DNA from: Takakia lepidozioides
Lineage: Eukaryota > Plantae > Bryophyta
Direction of reading: 5' to 3'
Length of the DNA stretch: 64,000 nucleotides
NCBI GenBank assembly: GCA_030704615.1
Contig: CM060734.1
Span: forward strand, 13,206,001-13,270,000
Shown here: piece after piece, positions 32,601-45,149 of the stretch
Numbering within the stretch: position 1 is the first letter of the stretch
Layout of the letters: every line of letters starts with the position of its first letter
Notes under the pieces: generated by a model
What the model was told of the DNA's origin: nothing
Seen by the model: the letters and a program-made list of their open reading frames with translations, nothing else
Databases searched by the model: none
Program-made: the position numbers and the translations under genes

Positions 32601-35439
32601 AGGCTAAGAGACGAGACCTGCCCTTCAATTACGTCCTCATTTCCCCCAGCTATACAAGGAGAACATCCACAAATTTGTCTCTCATATAGACCAGAACAGG
32701 TTCTAGAAACAAAATTGTGGATCTTTCATGGCACACTCACACTCTAAAAATTCCATAGATTTTTAGTAGAGTCCCAAAAACAAAAACCAAGTCTAGATAG
32801 GTAGATATCCCCTTTCTATAGCTATCCCCTCAAGAACTGAGTCAAACGGAGCTCATTTGACAAAGATATGACCAACCAGGCTCTTTAAACATAACACATT
32901 TTTTTTTTCTTTTTTTTTCTTTTTTTTTATATAAGACAAAACAAATACAAGGAAAACTCTATTTTCAATACTTGTCTTGGTTCCCTGTTCCCTGGTTTCT
33001 TGTTCCTTGGTTCCCAGTGACTGGCTCTCCTCCAGTCGGGATCCGTAGCTATGCTGAGCCTTAATCCTTTGCACCAATATTCCCAACAAAAGCAGGAACA
33101 CTTATAATGCAACCCCGGAAAGCACCAGATCGGAAATATCTGATCGGGCTCAGCACTATAGTGCCAGGGGCACATAAACCAGATTGTAGGAGCAGCCAGA
33201 GGAAATGCAGGTTATGCCAGCATCATCCAGACCATCCCTGCATCTTGGATATGCATCCTCCAGCAAGGGCCGTTGCCTCCATTGCCCGACACTTGGTTAC
33301 ATGCTCAGCCAAACCTAATCAGGTCATTTCCGTGACAGATTTCAGCGGCATTCAAATCACTGGCCTCGCTATGCACTGCTGCCCTCAATCAAACATCCTG
33401 CAAAGCTGGCTGTCTTTCTCTGGCAGATCGCAAATAGAATTCTAAAGGTAGGGCGTTGGCTTCAATTCACCCGTGCACTGCTCTGCACATGCTGCTCGCT
33501 TGGGGTTTCAGAATCCCTGGAACACTACCTACTGCAATGCAACATACCTTCAAAAATCTGACCCAAGATTCACTGGCTGCTCGAACACTGGCATGACCAA
33601 ACCTCTTTAACTCCAATCAGCCTGCTACTGAATTACGATCCCAATGCCCAGTTGAGCTGCCAGTCTCGCATTCACTGTCCCCACCAAGGCAACTGCATGA
33701 ATACTATGAATACCATCACAGCTCTCATCTTTCACTCTAACCGGTTGGATGAGTACGGCCTTGAGGTCTGGTCAAGGCCACCAACTGCACCCGGGTTGTC
33801 CCAGTTTTCTGTTGCCCAGTTCGGGTCACCTTGCTGATCGTTGGTGTTTTCAGACGGGTTTATCCCATACACCAGGCAAAGGGATAATCAGGAAAGTCTG
33901 GAGTTCAGAAGCTGATAGAGCTCATATTCCTGCACCAATTAAATGAATGTGGTATCTCGCACTAAGACTCCCAGGACCAGCACCTGTGCAGAAGTAAGTA
34001 CCCTTGACGCCGAAATGACAGTAGAGGCAAGTGATCAGTTGGAAGTGTTCAATGATGAGACAAGTAGAGCTGGAGCTCCCTTGACCTGTATCGCCACAAT
34101 CCTGCACCAAGTTAGGAGGACTTGTGAGGACTTGGTCTTAAAGGAAGAACTTATCTTTCAACAATCAGAACCATTGGCGGGACGGAGGAGCAGTGTCAGA
34201 TATATGGTGACAAATTTGGACTCGGGCAGTGTGCTGAGTTGAAAGCTGGGTTGTGAACCACCATTCGACTTTCCACCAGTTTCCACCTCAAAATGGTGGA
34301 ACCAAGGTGCAAGGTAGCAATAGCTACTTGGCTTTGTACAAACCTGAAGCACTTAAAAACGACTTTGCACCTTGCACTCCCCGAAATCAACAATGCCCCC
34401 AACAACCTTTTTTGTCAGGAAGCTGGTTGCTTATGCAGATAATCGACCAGGTGAAAGTAGCTTTCCCAGCCACAATCACAAGTAGCATGAAGATTTGTGA
34501 GACTCCTGGTTTTGCAGTGTTGATGATATGCCAGCAATGGGCTCCCCGTTCTCCATCGCTTTGCTGCTAGGCTTTCTCTCTCGGGGCCTTCACCTTCAAC
34601 CAGCTCGCTGCACCGTGCTCTACCTGCTGGCGCTGCATTTACTGAAGGGGGCGGATTTATAGCTCCTCCTTCAACTGGCTCCACTACACCAGCTCCACCT
34701 GCTCTTCCGCTGCCTTTCCTGACCGCTTCTAGTCTGTGCACATCGAACTAAGGCGAGCAGCCCGGCCATCTCCAGGCACGGAAGTTCTATCCATCTGCTC
34801 GATCACAGGTACCCTTTTAAGTCTCGCACTTGGTCAGTTTCCCAACGGCCAATCGCTGCTACTCCATGATGTCTCATCACTGACCAAAACGAAGGCTGCT
34901 TCCATGCAGTGTAGCTCCGTCCTGCCCGGCGGCCTCATGCCAGAACCAACGCTGATCGAAACCTGCATATTTTGTTTTTATTTTTATTTTTAAGCTTCTT
35001 AAACTAAGCACTACTCTCACACAGGTAATCATACAAGTGCTAACCCTCAACTCCTACCTTGCACTCACAGGTAAGAGCTCATCTCTCTCGAGTGATAGAA
35101 CAAGCTAAGAGACACACTGTTCACACCAGAAACAACATGAAATCCATCGCTATCACTCGTTAAAATAGAAGTCGAGCCAAGGGCACCCCAAGCTATGGGG
35201 ACTCCACCCCACAACAACCTATACTCCCATCATAAGCACACTCAGTCCTAAACGATGCAGGAGCTCGGTCGTGCAGGCTCAACTCGAGAGAGACGAGCTG
35301 CGCGACTGACGCTCTCGTGAAGATAAGACGGTTCAGGTATCAAACTAAACTTGACACCTGATTTAACACTTGACCTAAATCCAAGTGTTAAATATAAATA
35401 ACTAGCTTTATTCTAGTTTCACACTGTGCTTATTTAACT

Positions 35440-36425
35440 TGACAACCGCCATATTGGCGGTCGCTTCAAATGTTTTTTTTTTAAAAGCAAGATTGGCGGT
35501 TGCACTGGCGGTCGCCTTATTTTTCGAATTAAAAAAAAAAATAGCGACCGCTATGTTGGCGGTCGCTTCAATTTATTTTATAAAAAATACAAGATTGGCG
35601 GGCGTATTGGCGGTCGCACGGTGGCAAACACATTTTTGAAAATTAACAAAATGAATGCGACCGCCAATTATGGTGGTCGCTTTGTTTTTCAAAATTAAAA
35701 AAGAAATAGCGACCACCGTATTGGCAATCGCTTCAATTTTTTCTTTTAAAGCAAGATTGGCGGTCGCACCGGCGGTCGCTTTATTTTTTGAAATAGAAAA
35801 AGAAATAGAGACCGCCATATTGGCGGTCGCTTCAAATGTTTTTTTTTTAAAAGCAAGATTGGCGGTCGCCTTATTTTTCGAATTAAAAAAACAAATAGCG
35901 ACCGCTATGTTGGCGGTCGCTTCAATTTATTTTAAAAAAAAATACAAGATTGGCGGGCGTATTGGCGGTCGCCTAATTTAAAAAAGAAAACAAGCGACTG
36001 CCGTATTGGTGGTCGCACAATTTTGTAAATATGTACAGAACAAGCGACCGCCATATGGCGGTCGGATAAAATATTAAAAAAAAACAGAGACCGCCATTGG
36101 GCGGTCGCTTAATTTAAAAAATATATAGAAAAACCAACGACCGCCATAAAATATAAAGATTAAAAGCGACCGCCTTACTGGCGGTCGCGTTTTTTTTTTA
36201 ATATTAAAAAAAAACGACCACTTTATTGGTAGTCGCTTTATTTTAAATATATTAACAAATGAAGCGACCGCCATACGGGCGGTCGCTTAAATTTAAAAAT
36301 ATGCAAAATAGAAGTGACCGCAATATTGTACAAAATGAAAGGAAATAAAAGCGACCGCAGTAGTGGCGGTTGCTTGTTTTTCATTATAAAAAAAAATAGT
36401 GACCATAATATTAGCGGTCGCTTAA
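35440..36425. repeat. Left subterminal hairpin array
   Basis: Repeated GCGACCGCC / GGCGGTCGC units separated by A/T tracts. Confidence 0.9.
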
Positions 36426-36850
36426 TTTCAAAATTACAACAAATATGGTTGTACAGCCTTTTTCGGGTGGGCGCTATTGGTTCGTCATTTATTCATTTCA
36501 CTTTCATTTCACTTTCATTCCTCTTGGATTATATATAAGAGAGGAGGGTCACCAAGCTCCTCACTTCTTTTGGCGCAAACACTTGAGGTTGCTTTGGATG
36601 TTCTCTTCCATTGAATGAGAGTGTAGTCCAAGAGAATGGTGCGCACTTTTTGCCGTTGTGTCTTCCACCAAAGTCACTTCAGCAGATTGTGTATAAGCTC
36701 AACACTATAACCCACATCGATCCACTTGGGTTGCTGACAGGTGTAGAAGTGTTGGGCTATCGCATTGCACTCTACATTCACAACACGTTCATTTATAGGT
36801 GACTGTTTTTTGTTGCTTGCATCGCTAGGTCCCAGGGGAGTGGATATTGG

Positions 36851-38782
36851 GTGAAGATGAGGGAGGAATGGAACCCTTGGTATACGGCAATCCCGAACAC
36901 TGTCAGTGCCACTGGTAGTGTTGAGTGCAACCTATGTGGATTAAAGCTTTCTTATCGTAAGGATCGGTTGCTCACTCACCTCGGCTATAAAGGTGTGAAG
37001 AGCACTGGGGTGGGTTTATGCCCCAAAGCATCTATGTGGGTAAAAAGCCACTTTGTCCAGTGTGGAGGCAATATTCCAATGTCTTTGGCTCTGGACATGA
37101 CCTCTGAGCAGAACATTCCATCTTCCCGTCAGGATGCCCCGATTAGTACCCAGGGCGACTCTTGTGAGGGTTCGAGTGTCCTTGGACCAGTGGGTTGTGT
37201 CGGAGCAACACCTGCTTCAACACCTCTTCGTACCCCTACACTTCAACGGAGTAGAGGATTACGGCAGCAATCCATGCAAGAAGGTCTTAACTTGTCTGCG
37301 AAAAGACAGTTGGATAAAAAATGGGCGCAGTTTTTCTTCGAGGCCAACATACCATTTAATGTGGCAAGGCTTCCGACATTTGTTTTTGCCGTTATAGCAA
37401 CCTCGGAGTCCAGATCCATGTACGTGCCTCCGACTTATCACAATCTCCGCATAGGATTGTTAGAAGACGTCATGACCGAGCTTACCCAAAAGGTCAACGA
37501 TAGGACGGGCGAGTGCATCAAAAAATATGGAAGCATTATATGTGCCGATGGTTGGAGTTCTGTCACAAACAGACCGTTGTTCAATGTCATGTTCGTATGT
37601 CCAGCTGGGGAACAATTCTTGGGATCGGTTGACACTAGCGGCGAGAAGAAAGATGGACGTTATCAATGCCAACTATTGACGGACTTCATCGAACAGGTCG
37701 GAAGTGATAGAATCGTGCAAATATGCACAGACAATGCCGCTAACATGAGAAACACTGCAGACATGTTGTTGGCACGTTATCCCCATATGTACTATCAAGG
37801 TTGTGCTGCTCATATCCTTGACCTCCTTTTGGAAGATTGGGGAAAAGAACAGTGGGTGAAACAACTTGTCAAGCGAGCGAAGACTGTTGTGTCGTTCATC
37901 CGCACACACTACATCCCTTTGGCAATATATAGGAGGCACGAACCCAAATACAGCCTCCGCAATCTAGGCGAAACTCGTTTTGCCACTAACTTCTTGATGG
38001 TGGATCGGTTGGTGACGGTGAAGAGCAGTCTGGAGCACACCATCATCGATCCTCAATGGGATGCGTACACATGGACATTGCAAGACTCCAGAAAAGCCAA
38101 GTCATTGGGCAAAAGTCGAAAAGTTCGAAATAGCATTCGCAGTGATGATTTCTGGAAGAAATGTGAAAACTTTGTTTATATGGTTGAGCCGGTGTTAATC
38201 GTCTTGCGGGAGTTTGATGGAAAGCAACCAGTAATGGGCAAGACATGGTTACTAATGCAAAATCTTGAGAAGCACGTCCAATCCTTGAGGCATCATCTCT
38301 TCTCCTTGGAACCTGAACTTGCGGACAATGCTGAGGATGCATTTTACGACCGTCGTTCGATGGTTCGAACGGACTTGCATTATGCGTAGGTTTTGCTCAA
38401 TCCATTCTTGCTCGACAATACCATGCTCTGAGACGACGCTGATGCCAAGGCCGGCCTCGTGCGAGTGCTCATGCGACTGGCTCCGCCGAACCATGAAGAG
38501 AGAGCTATATCCGAATACCAATGCTTCTCAGATCGCCGCGACCTTTTTGAGGACATGTCGGATCCAAAAGAGCTCAATATGCTGCCACATGAATGGTGGG
38601 ATCTGATTGGAGCTGGAGCAAGAACATTGGCTCCCATTGTGAAGCGTATTCTTGCTCAAGTGTGCTCTGCCTCATTTTGCGAACGCAATTGGAGCAGTTA
38701 CTCATTTGTTCACAACAAGATTTGCAACAAGTTGAATCCCGCGAAGGCTGACAAATTGGTGTATATGTATACTAATTGTTGA
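36851..38782 (+). pseudogene. hAT transposase (BED-like finger, DUF659-type core, hATC dimerisation domain)
   Basis: ECNLC...LLTHL...LCPK; FFEANIPFNVA; ICADGWS; QICTDNAANM; CAAHILDL; ETRFAT; HEWWDLIG...CSASFCERNWS. In-frame stops at ~38389 and ~38431. Confidence 0.92.
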
Positions 38783-40049
38783 CTACTACGTGAGAGGGCA
38801 GCGGATGATGCTGCAGTATGGTATGAGAGGAATTTGTATTCCGAAGACTCTGCTTCTGAGGTTGATTCGATGAGTGACGATACTGAGCCTCAGAGAGAAT
38901 CATCTCAGAGGGAATCATCTGCCTCCGATAGTGAAGATGGATCCGATGATGCTCCCGAAAATGCATATGACCCGTTTACATTCACAGAGGAGGATGCTTA
39001 TATCCAACCGACCTTTGATGACCTTCTTGAAGAAGTGCGTACCCCACTATAAGCTGAAACCACCGGTAGTGCCCCAATGGAGCTTAGGGGTGATGTACTG
39101 CCAAGACCGATCGACGTACACAACCCTGTTCATACAAACGATGGTGTCGAACCCATTGTACAGTCGACGGGACGGGATCATGCCTCACCGATACGACCAG
39201 CTCCACCTCAATGCCAAAACCGATCAGCTCCCCATCAACACAGCGGGCATTAAGGAGCAACAGGGTTGATCTGTTTTCCACACGCATGCATCATTCTGCT
39301 GCATTGGACCGGGCGGAAGTTGAAGCGTCGGATGATGACAACCTGCCACTACAATTCCACCTTAACCAGCGTGTTGCGCAGCAGACCCGTGGTTCCTCAC
39401 ATGCCGGACCATCTAATCCGATCCATCTCGGGCAGTCCCCCCTCCGGTACCTCCTTCGAGACCACCTTCGATTGCGTCTCAAGTCCATAAACGACAGAGA
39501 ACAGTCCAACCTTTTGTAGGCGATCGGCCCACAAACAGGCCAGATACCGTGGATGGTATTCAAGACCGGAGCGGGAGTCGACCTCAGAGAGAACTAAATG
39601 TGGTTCGAGGTCGCTTGTAGATTCAAAGGCCTGGACATATGAGGTCGGATAGGGAGGACGATTCCAGCACTGATCATGGCAACGGTGGTGAAGTCGAGGG
39701 TGACCCGGATTTTCAACCCATCGGAGCATTATGATTAGGATCTTCTTCGTCCTGCCGTCGAAGTAGTAGAAGGAATTGAAGCAAAACAGCTGTAGGCATA
39801 CATCAACATTTTTTAGTGGACATGTTTATATTTATATACTGAAGTAATACCAATGTGATCATTGTCACTATGAGTATTTGTATTGCTGTTGTGTATGTGT
39901 TGGAAAATAAAAGATGTTGCCCATGTGTATACCAGCCAAAATGTCGGCCAAAGGCACCGTCACTTGCTCATGTTTGTGTTCGGTGATTTGCTTGTGGAAT
40001 GGAGAACAATTGTGCCATGCTACCAACTGTGCATTCATTTTTATTTAAA

Positions 40050-40972
40050 TGGAGCGACCGCCAAGGTGGCGGTCGCTTCTACGAGGTCTGCCCTCCGCGT
40101 GGAGCGAGGAATGAGGGGCGGGGGGGGCATATAAGCTCCCAGTCATTATTTTGGAAATGAAGCGACCGCCGTTACTGGCGGTCGCTTTTTTGTTTTTTGG
40201 ATCAAAATGGAGCGACCGTCATTAGGGGCGGTTGCCGTTATTGTTGTTTTTTGTAATTGCAGCGACCGCCATTAGTGGCGGTCGCTTTTATTGAAATTTG
40301 GTTGGAAATGGAGCGACCGCCATTTATGGCGGTTGCTTATATTTTAATTGTTTTAAAAATGAAAATGGAGCGACCGCCAAGGTGGCGGTCGCTTCTACGA
40401 AGTGTGCCCTGCGCATGGAGCGAGGAGTGAGGCGGGGGGGGGGGAAGGTGGGCATATAAGCTCCAGGACATTCTCCCCTCACTTCGCTTGAAGTTCTTTT
40501 TTGTTTTTATAAATGCAGCGACCGCCATTACTGGCGGTCGTTTTTTATTTTATTTTTTGGCGAAATGGAGCGACCGCCATTTGTGGCGGTCGTTTTTTTT
40601 TGTTTTTAAATGGAGCGACCGCCATGGTGGCGGTCGCTTCTACAAGGTCTGCCCTGCGCGTGGAGTGAGGAATGAGGCGGGGGGGGGGGGGCATATAAGC
40701 CCACAGTCATTCTCCCCTCACTTTCATTACTAGCAGTTTTTGTTTTTACAAAATGCAGCGACCGCCATTAATGGCGGTCGCTTTTATTTTAATTATTTTG
40801 GAAATGAAGCGACCGCCTATGTTGGCGGTCGCTTTTCTTTTTTTAAGGTTTTTAAATGAAGCGACCGCCTATGTTGGCGGTCGCTTTTCTTTTTTTAAGT
40901 TTTTTAAATGAAGCGACCGCCTATGTTGGCGGTCGCTTTTTTTGTTTTAAAGTTTTTGAAAATGAAGCGACT
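40050..40972. repeat. Right subterminal hairpin array with higher-order repeats
   Basis: AATG(G/A)AGCGACCGCC...GGCGGTCGCT units. Three copies of a ~100 bp block (40050, 40365, 40610) and three ~55 bp tandem units at ~40803-40972. Confidence 0.9.
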
Positions 40973-40974
40973 GC

Positions 40975-42628
40975 CCCAGATCAAGCCTGGACCAAATCAG
41001 ACATCATACTCACAACTTTAATGCAAGAAATGACCAAGATAGTTAATGGAGCGATCTTGCCCCCCACAATATCTCTAGTTGGATAGCCACTCTCTCCAAA
41101 ATCGGAAGAGATGCTAAGAAAGTTGCTTACAATATCACCAAACAAAAAGCTGCCGCCAATCATAGAAAATTTGTCTGCTCCTTCAACCAGTTACTACATG
41201 ATCACCCTAAAAGAGCTCACAAAGCCATCTTCAACCCGGCCCTCAACCCACCCATCGACTGTCTCAAACACCGGCTCGGCCACCTACTCACCAACTCAAT
41301 GGAATCAACCAGGAAATATGGTCACAAGCATCCTCAATCTACACACCCACAGTCACAAATTGTCTCCATCCCAACCTCCATGCCACCAACTGCATGTGTA
41401 AAGCTAAACACTACCCCTAGCACAACATAGACGGATTTTCAATAGAGAACAGGGGATCCCCAACAGATCACATACTCGACCTCTTCACAACGGACCTCTA
41501 CGAATCATGTCTTTAAAAACTATCTAAATCTAAAGCCCTTGGCCCCGATCTTATACCAAACGCTATACTACAAGCACTGGACCCCCAACTTCACCATCTC
41601 CTCTACAAGTTTTTCCACCTATGTTACAAATTGCAGCGTATACCACATTCCTGGAAGCACAGCTGTACTATCTTGCTCTTCAAAAAAGGTGACCCTACGG
41701 ATCTCAGTAATTACAGACCCATTGCACTGGCCAACACCATATATAAGTTATTCACTAGCACGCTCACCACAATGTTGTCAAGTTACGGTGAACGACACCA
41801 AATTCTCAGTGACCCCCAAGAAGGATTCCGAGCCACACATGGTACAACTCGACAAATTCAATATGTTCTATCCGCCCTTGAAGACGCCAAAATTACAAAG
41901 CAAGATATCTATCTATTATATATCGACTTTAAGAATGCATTTGGCTCTCTAGGTCACGCTAGATTACTCGCCGTCATGTTTGATCTTGGGTATCTTATTG
42001 ACGCCGTTCACCTTATAGGGGCACCACCGAATACTCTGGTGCCTACTATGGCTCCACCCCTCCTATCTCCATTCTCCGCGACTCTATCCAAGTATCAATA
42101 CAAAACCTCCGCCAGCGACATCTCAGCCGCAGCATATGCAGACGATCTCGTCATTCTCGCACATAAACCATAACACCTAAACCGACAAGTTACCAAACTA
42201 TCCAAATTCAATCAATGGTCAGGCATGGAGCTTAGTCTACACAAGTGCGCCATCACCGCCGCTACACACCAAAGTCAGCTTACTAAAACTGCCATGGCCT
42301 CACATTGTAAACTCTATGTACACTACCAAAATACACCCTTCCCCTTCCTAGGACCAGATGAACCATACACTTACCTAGGTATCCAATTAGTACCCTCCCT
42401 CACCTGGCACATCCAAAAAGAATCTACGACATCCAAAATAGCTACCAAAAGCCTAGCCTTGCTTAGAGCCCCGATTGCCATCCGCCCCAAACTCTCAATC
42501 ATTAAATCAGTATTACAAACACAAATTCAATACTCGTTCCATGTCGCACCCTTCTTCATACCCGACGTAAAAAAACTAGACAAAAAAATTATTCATCTTA
42601 CTAAGCGCGTATGTGGGCTACCACTCCA
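40975..42628 (+). mobile_element. LINE reverse transcriptase fragment
   Basis: WKHSCTILLFKKGDPTDLSNYRPIAL, QEGFR, YIDFKNAF, AAYADDL, YTYLG. The QGxxLSP motif region is missing, probably deleted. Confidence 0.9.
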
Positions 42629-42984
42629 AGTTGTGACGACTTGCCAGTCGTCGCAGGCAAATTTGGGCCACGCTGGCATGGCGGATGAGGATCAGAAGTC
42701 GCCGAAACCACTGCGGGTTTGGCGCCGATCTATACATCGATTTCCAAAAAATAAGAAAATAGATATTTTTAATATTATGGTAAATTGGAGTTGTTTTAAC
42801 GACTGCGGGTTGGACCCCCCCCCCGGGACATTTTTATTAATTGTAACCTATATGGCATTATTTCTTAACTATAATGACAGGCGTCGATTTTCTATAGAGT
42901 AAAGGAGACTCACACTCCTTCGTAAGTCGCGGTGAGTGGGCTGAGGACTTAGCGAGATCGCGACCCCCAGGTTAGGTTTGCAAG

Positions 42985-44242
42985 GTGCGTGCAAGCCTGG
43001 CAGTGCTGGATAAGGGCAAGGAAATCCATGGGGACATTGTCAAAGCTGGAATTTTAGCAGATGTCATTCTGAATAGTACCCTGGTGGACATGTATGCTAA
43101 ATGTGGGTGCATTGATGATGCAAAGGGAGTGTTCGACCTAATGGCTGAACGAAATGTGGTGTCTTGGAGCGGAATGATTGCAGGATATGCACAACGTGGG
43201 TGCGGGATGGAGGCTTTGGAGACCTATGAGCAAATGGTGTGGGAAGGGGTGAAGCCCGCGTGTGCAAGCCTAGCAGCCCTAGAAAAGGGCAAAGAGGTCC
43301 ATGGTGACATCATCAAAGTGGGAATTGAACCAGATATTGTTCTGAACAATACCCTCGTGGACATGTATGCCAATTGTGGGTGCATCGAGGATGCAAAGGG
43401 AGTGTTCAACAATATGACTGAAGGAGATGTGGTGTCTTGTAACGCCATGATTGCAAGATATGCACAGCTTGGGCGCGGGATGGAGGCTCGGCCCTGAGAT
43501 GCATACTAAATTCTGTAAGTTAGCTCGTTGGCTTCTGAAAGAGGATCAAGAGAGGGAGTGACTGTCCATAATGCCTCTTCTGCCTCTTCTGGGCATGTGA
43601 AGATGCTTTGTGAGGTAGGCAGATTGAAAGAGGCTCTACAGACTTTAAACCAAGGAACATTTCAGCAAATTCAGATATGTATGTGGTATGATGCTTTGGA
43701 TGAGCAAATGATGCACGAAGGGGTGAAGCTGAACCAAATCACGATTGTTTGTGTTTGCAATGCGTGTGCAAGCCTGGGAGCCCTAGAAAAAGGGAAAGAG
43801 GTCCATGGTGACATCTACAAAGCTAGAAGTGTACCAGATTTCATTCTGAACACAGCCCTGGTGGACATGTATGCCAAATGTGGGTGCATTGAGGATGCAA
43901 AGGGAGTTTTCAACACTATGGCTGATCGAGATGTGGTGTCGTGGAACGTGATGCTTGCAGGGTATGCACAACAAGTATGGAGGCTTTGAGACCTATGATC
44001 ACATGATGGGGGAAGGGGTGAAGCCCGACCACATAACATTTGTGTGCATTTGTAATGCTTGTGTAAGCCTGGCAGCGCTAGAAAAGGGCAAAGAGGTGCA
44101 TGGAGACATCATCAAAGCTGGAATTGTACCAAACATCATTCTGAACACTGCCCTGGCAACTCTGGAAGAGAACAAAGAGGTCCATGGCAACATCGTCAGA
44201 GCTGGATATTGTCACGTGCTCTTCTTCATGCAGTTCATTTGA
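42985..44242 (+). pseudogene. PLS-class pentatricopeptide repeat fragments
   Basis: Repeated GKEVHGDIIKAG...LNxxLVDMYAKCGCIEDAKGVFxxMxxRxVVSWxxMIAGYAQ...EGVKP. Three broken ORFs, with no E/DYW domain visible. Confidence 0.88.
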
Positions 44243-44599
44243 TTTCGTGCATTGATAGCATGGTCTATATGTTCTGAAGTCTGAATCACATAGGCAATGA
44301 CATGGTCATCCCCAGTGTGCAGGGATTCTGTTGGTTGCAATGCCGTAGTAGATTGATTGTAGCATCTGTGTTGCTATTCAGACACAGTAGAAACAATATT
44401 GCACATGTATGAACTACAAGTTGCAGCCCCCAAGTCAGTGCAACCAGCAGGAGTGCCTGGTTCCCAACCCACAATCGATGTAGTCACTAGTGAGGTAGTG
44501 CATTTCAAACCTCCAGTTGCATCTGTCACTTCAACACTCCAGTTGTCGACTCCACTTGCAAGTCGTGAAGGCAACCAGCAAACAATTCACTGCGTCACG

Positions 44600-45143
44600 T
44601 GCGTCCTTGAAGGTAACCGCTAGTCCGGTCGCTACTACAAGTCCGGCACTCCGAGACATAGTTCACAACTTCGTAGTCTGACCGTGCAGTCGTTGAAACG
44701 ACTTGCTAGTTATTTTTTGAACTACTGGTTAGTGCTCGTGTAGTACGAGATCATAACTATTCAGCTGTGTGAAGCAACACGGCTACGACGCGTGTCCTGC
44801 CTCCAAGAGAACACGTGGAGTTTTCACACCGAGCCACGCGGCTGTATTCCCGGCATGCACACGGTGGGAAGTCGCAACCCCCCGGTCAAAAGTCCACTGT
44901 GGTCAAGGTCCAAGATTCAGTCAACGCCGCGCGTGGCGACGCCACGTGGCCACACCTTAAAAATGACCTTGCAGTTGGCATCACGACTGACTGGAACGAC
45001 TCCGACCACGTAATGACCGGAACGACTGGGCTGTCCGATAGGTCTTGTCCTTTCGGACTCGTAGTCGCCCAGTCATTTTTTGACTGAAATGACTGGGTTT
45101 CCAGTCATTTTTTGAGTCATTATTTTGGCGATTCCTTGTAGTG
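44600..45143 (+). mobile_element. CACTA-like 3' end with subterminal repeats
   Basis: CCTTGTAGTG at 45134-45143 (reverse complement CACTACAAGG), preceded by CAGTC/GACTG direct and inverted repeats. Confidence 0.6.
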
Positions 45144-45149
45144 ACTATA

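Larger units (their letters stand above)
35440..40972 (+). mobile_element. hAT DNA transposon with long palindromic subterminal arrays; true termini not seen
   Basis: The transposase lies between an A-rich left array and a T-rich right array of GCGACCGCC-N(3-6)-GGCGGTCGC. Confidence 0.85.

Noticed and set aside
35000-35430. Candidate 5' LTR/PBS of the DNMT-Gypsy
   Set aside because: No TG...CA pair or clear tRNA-complementary PBS found on the minus strand, and no matching sequence beyond the PHD end.
35440-36425. CRISPR-like look of regularly spaced palindromic repeats (also 40050-40972)
   Set aside because: Spacers are A/T tracts that themselves repeat, there are no cas genes, the context is eukaryotic, and the arrays flank a hAT transposase.
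35439-36538. Short ORFs such as MTTAILAVAS... and MRPPIMVVAL...
   Set aside because: Translation artefacts of the palindromic repeat array.
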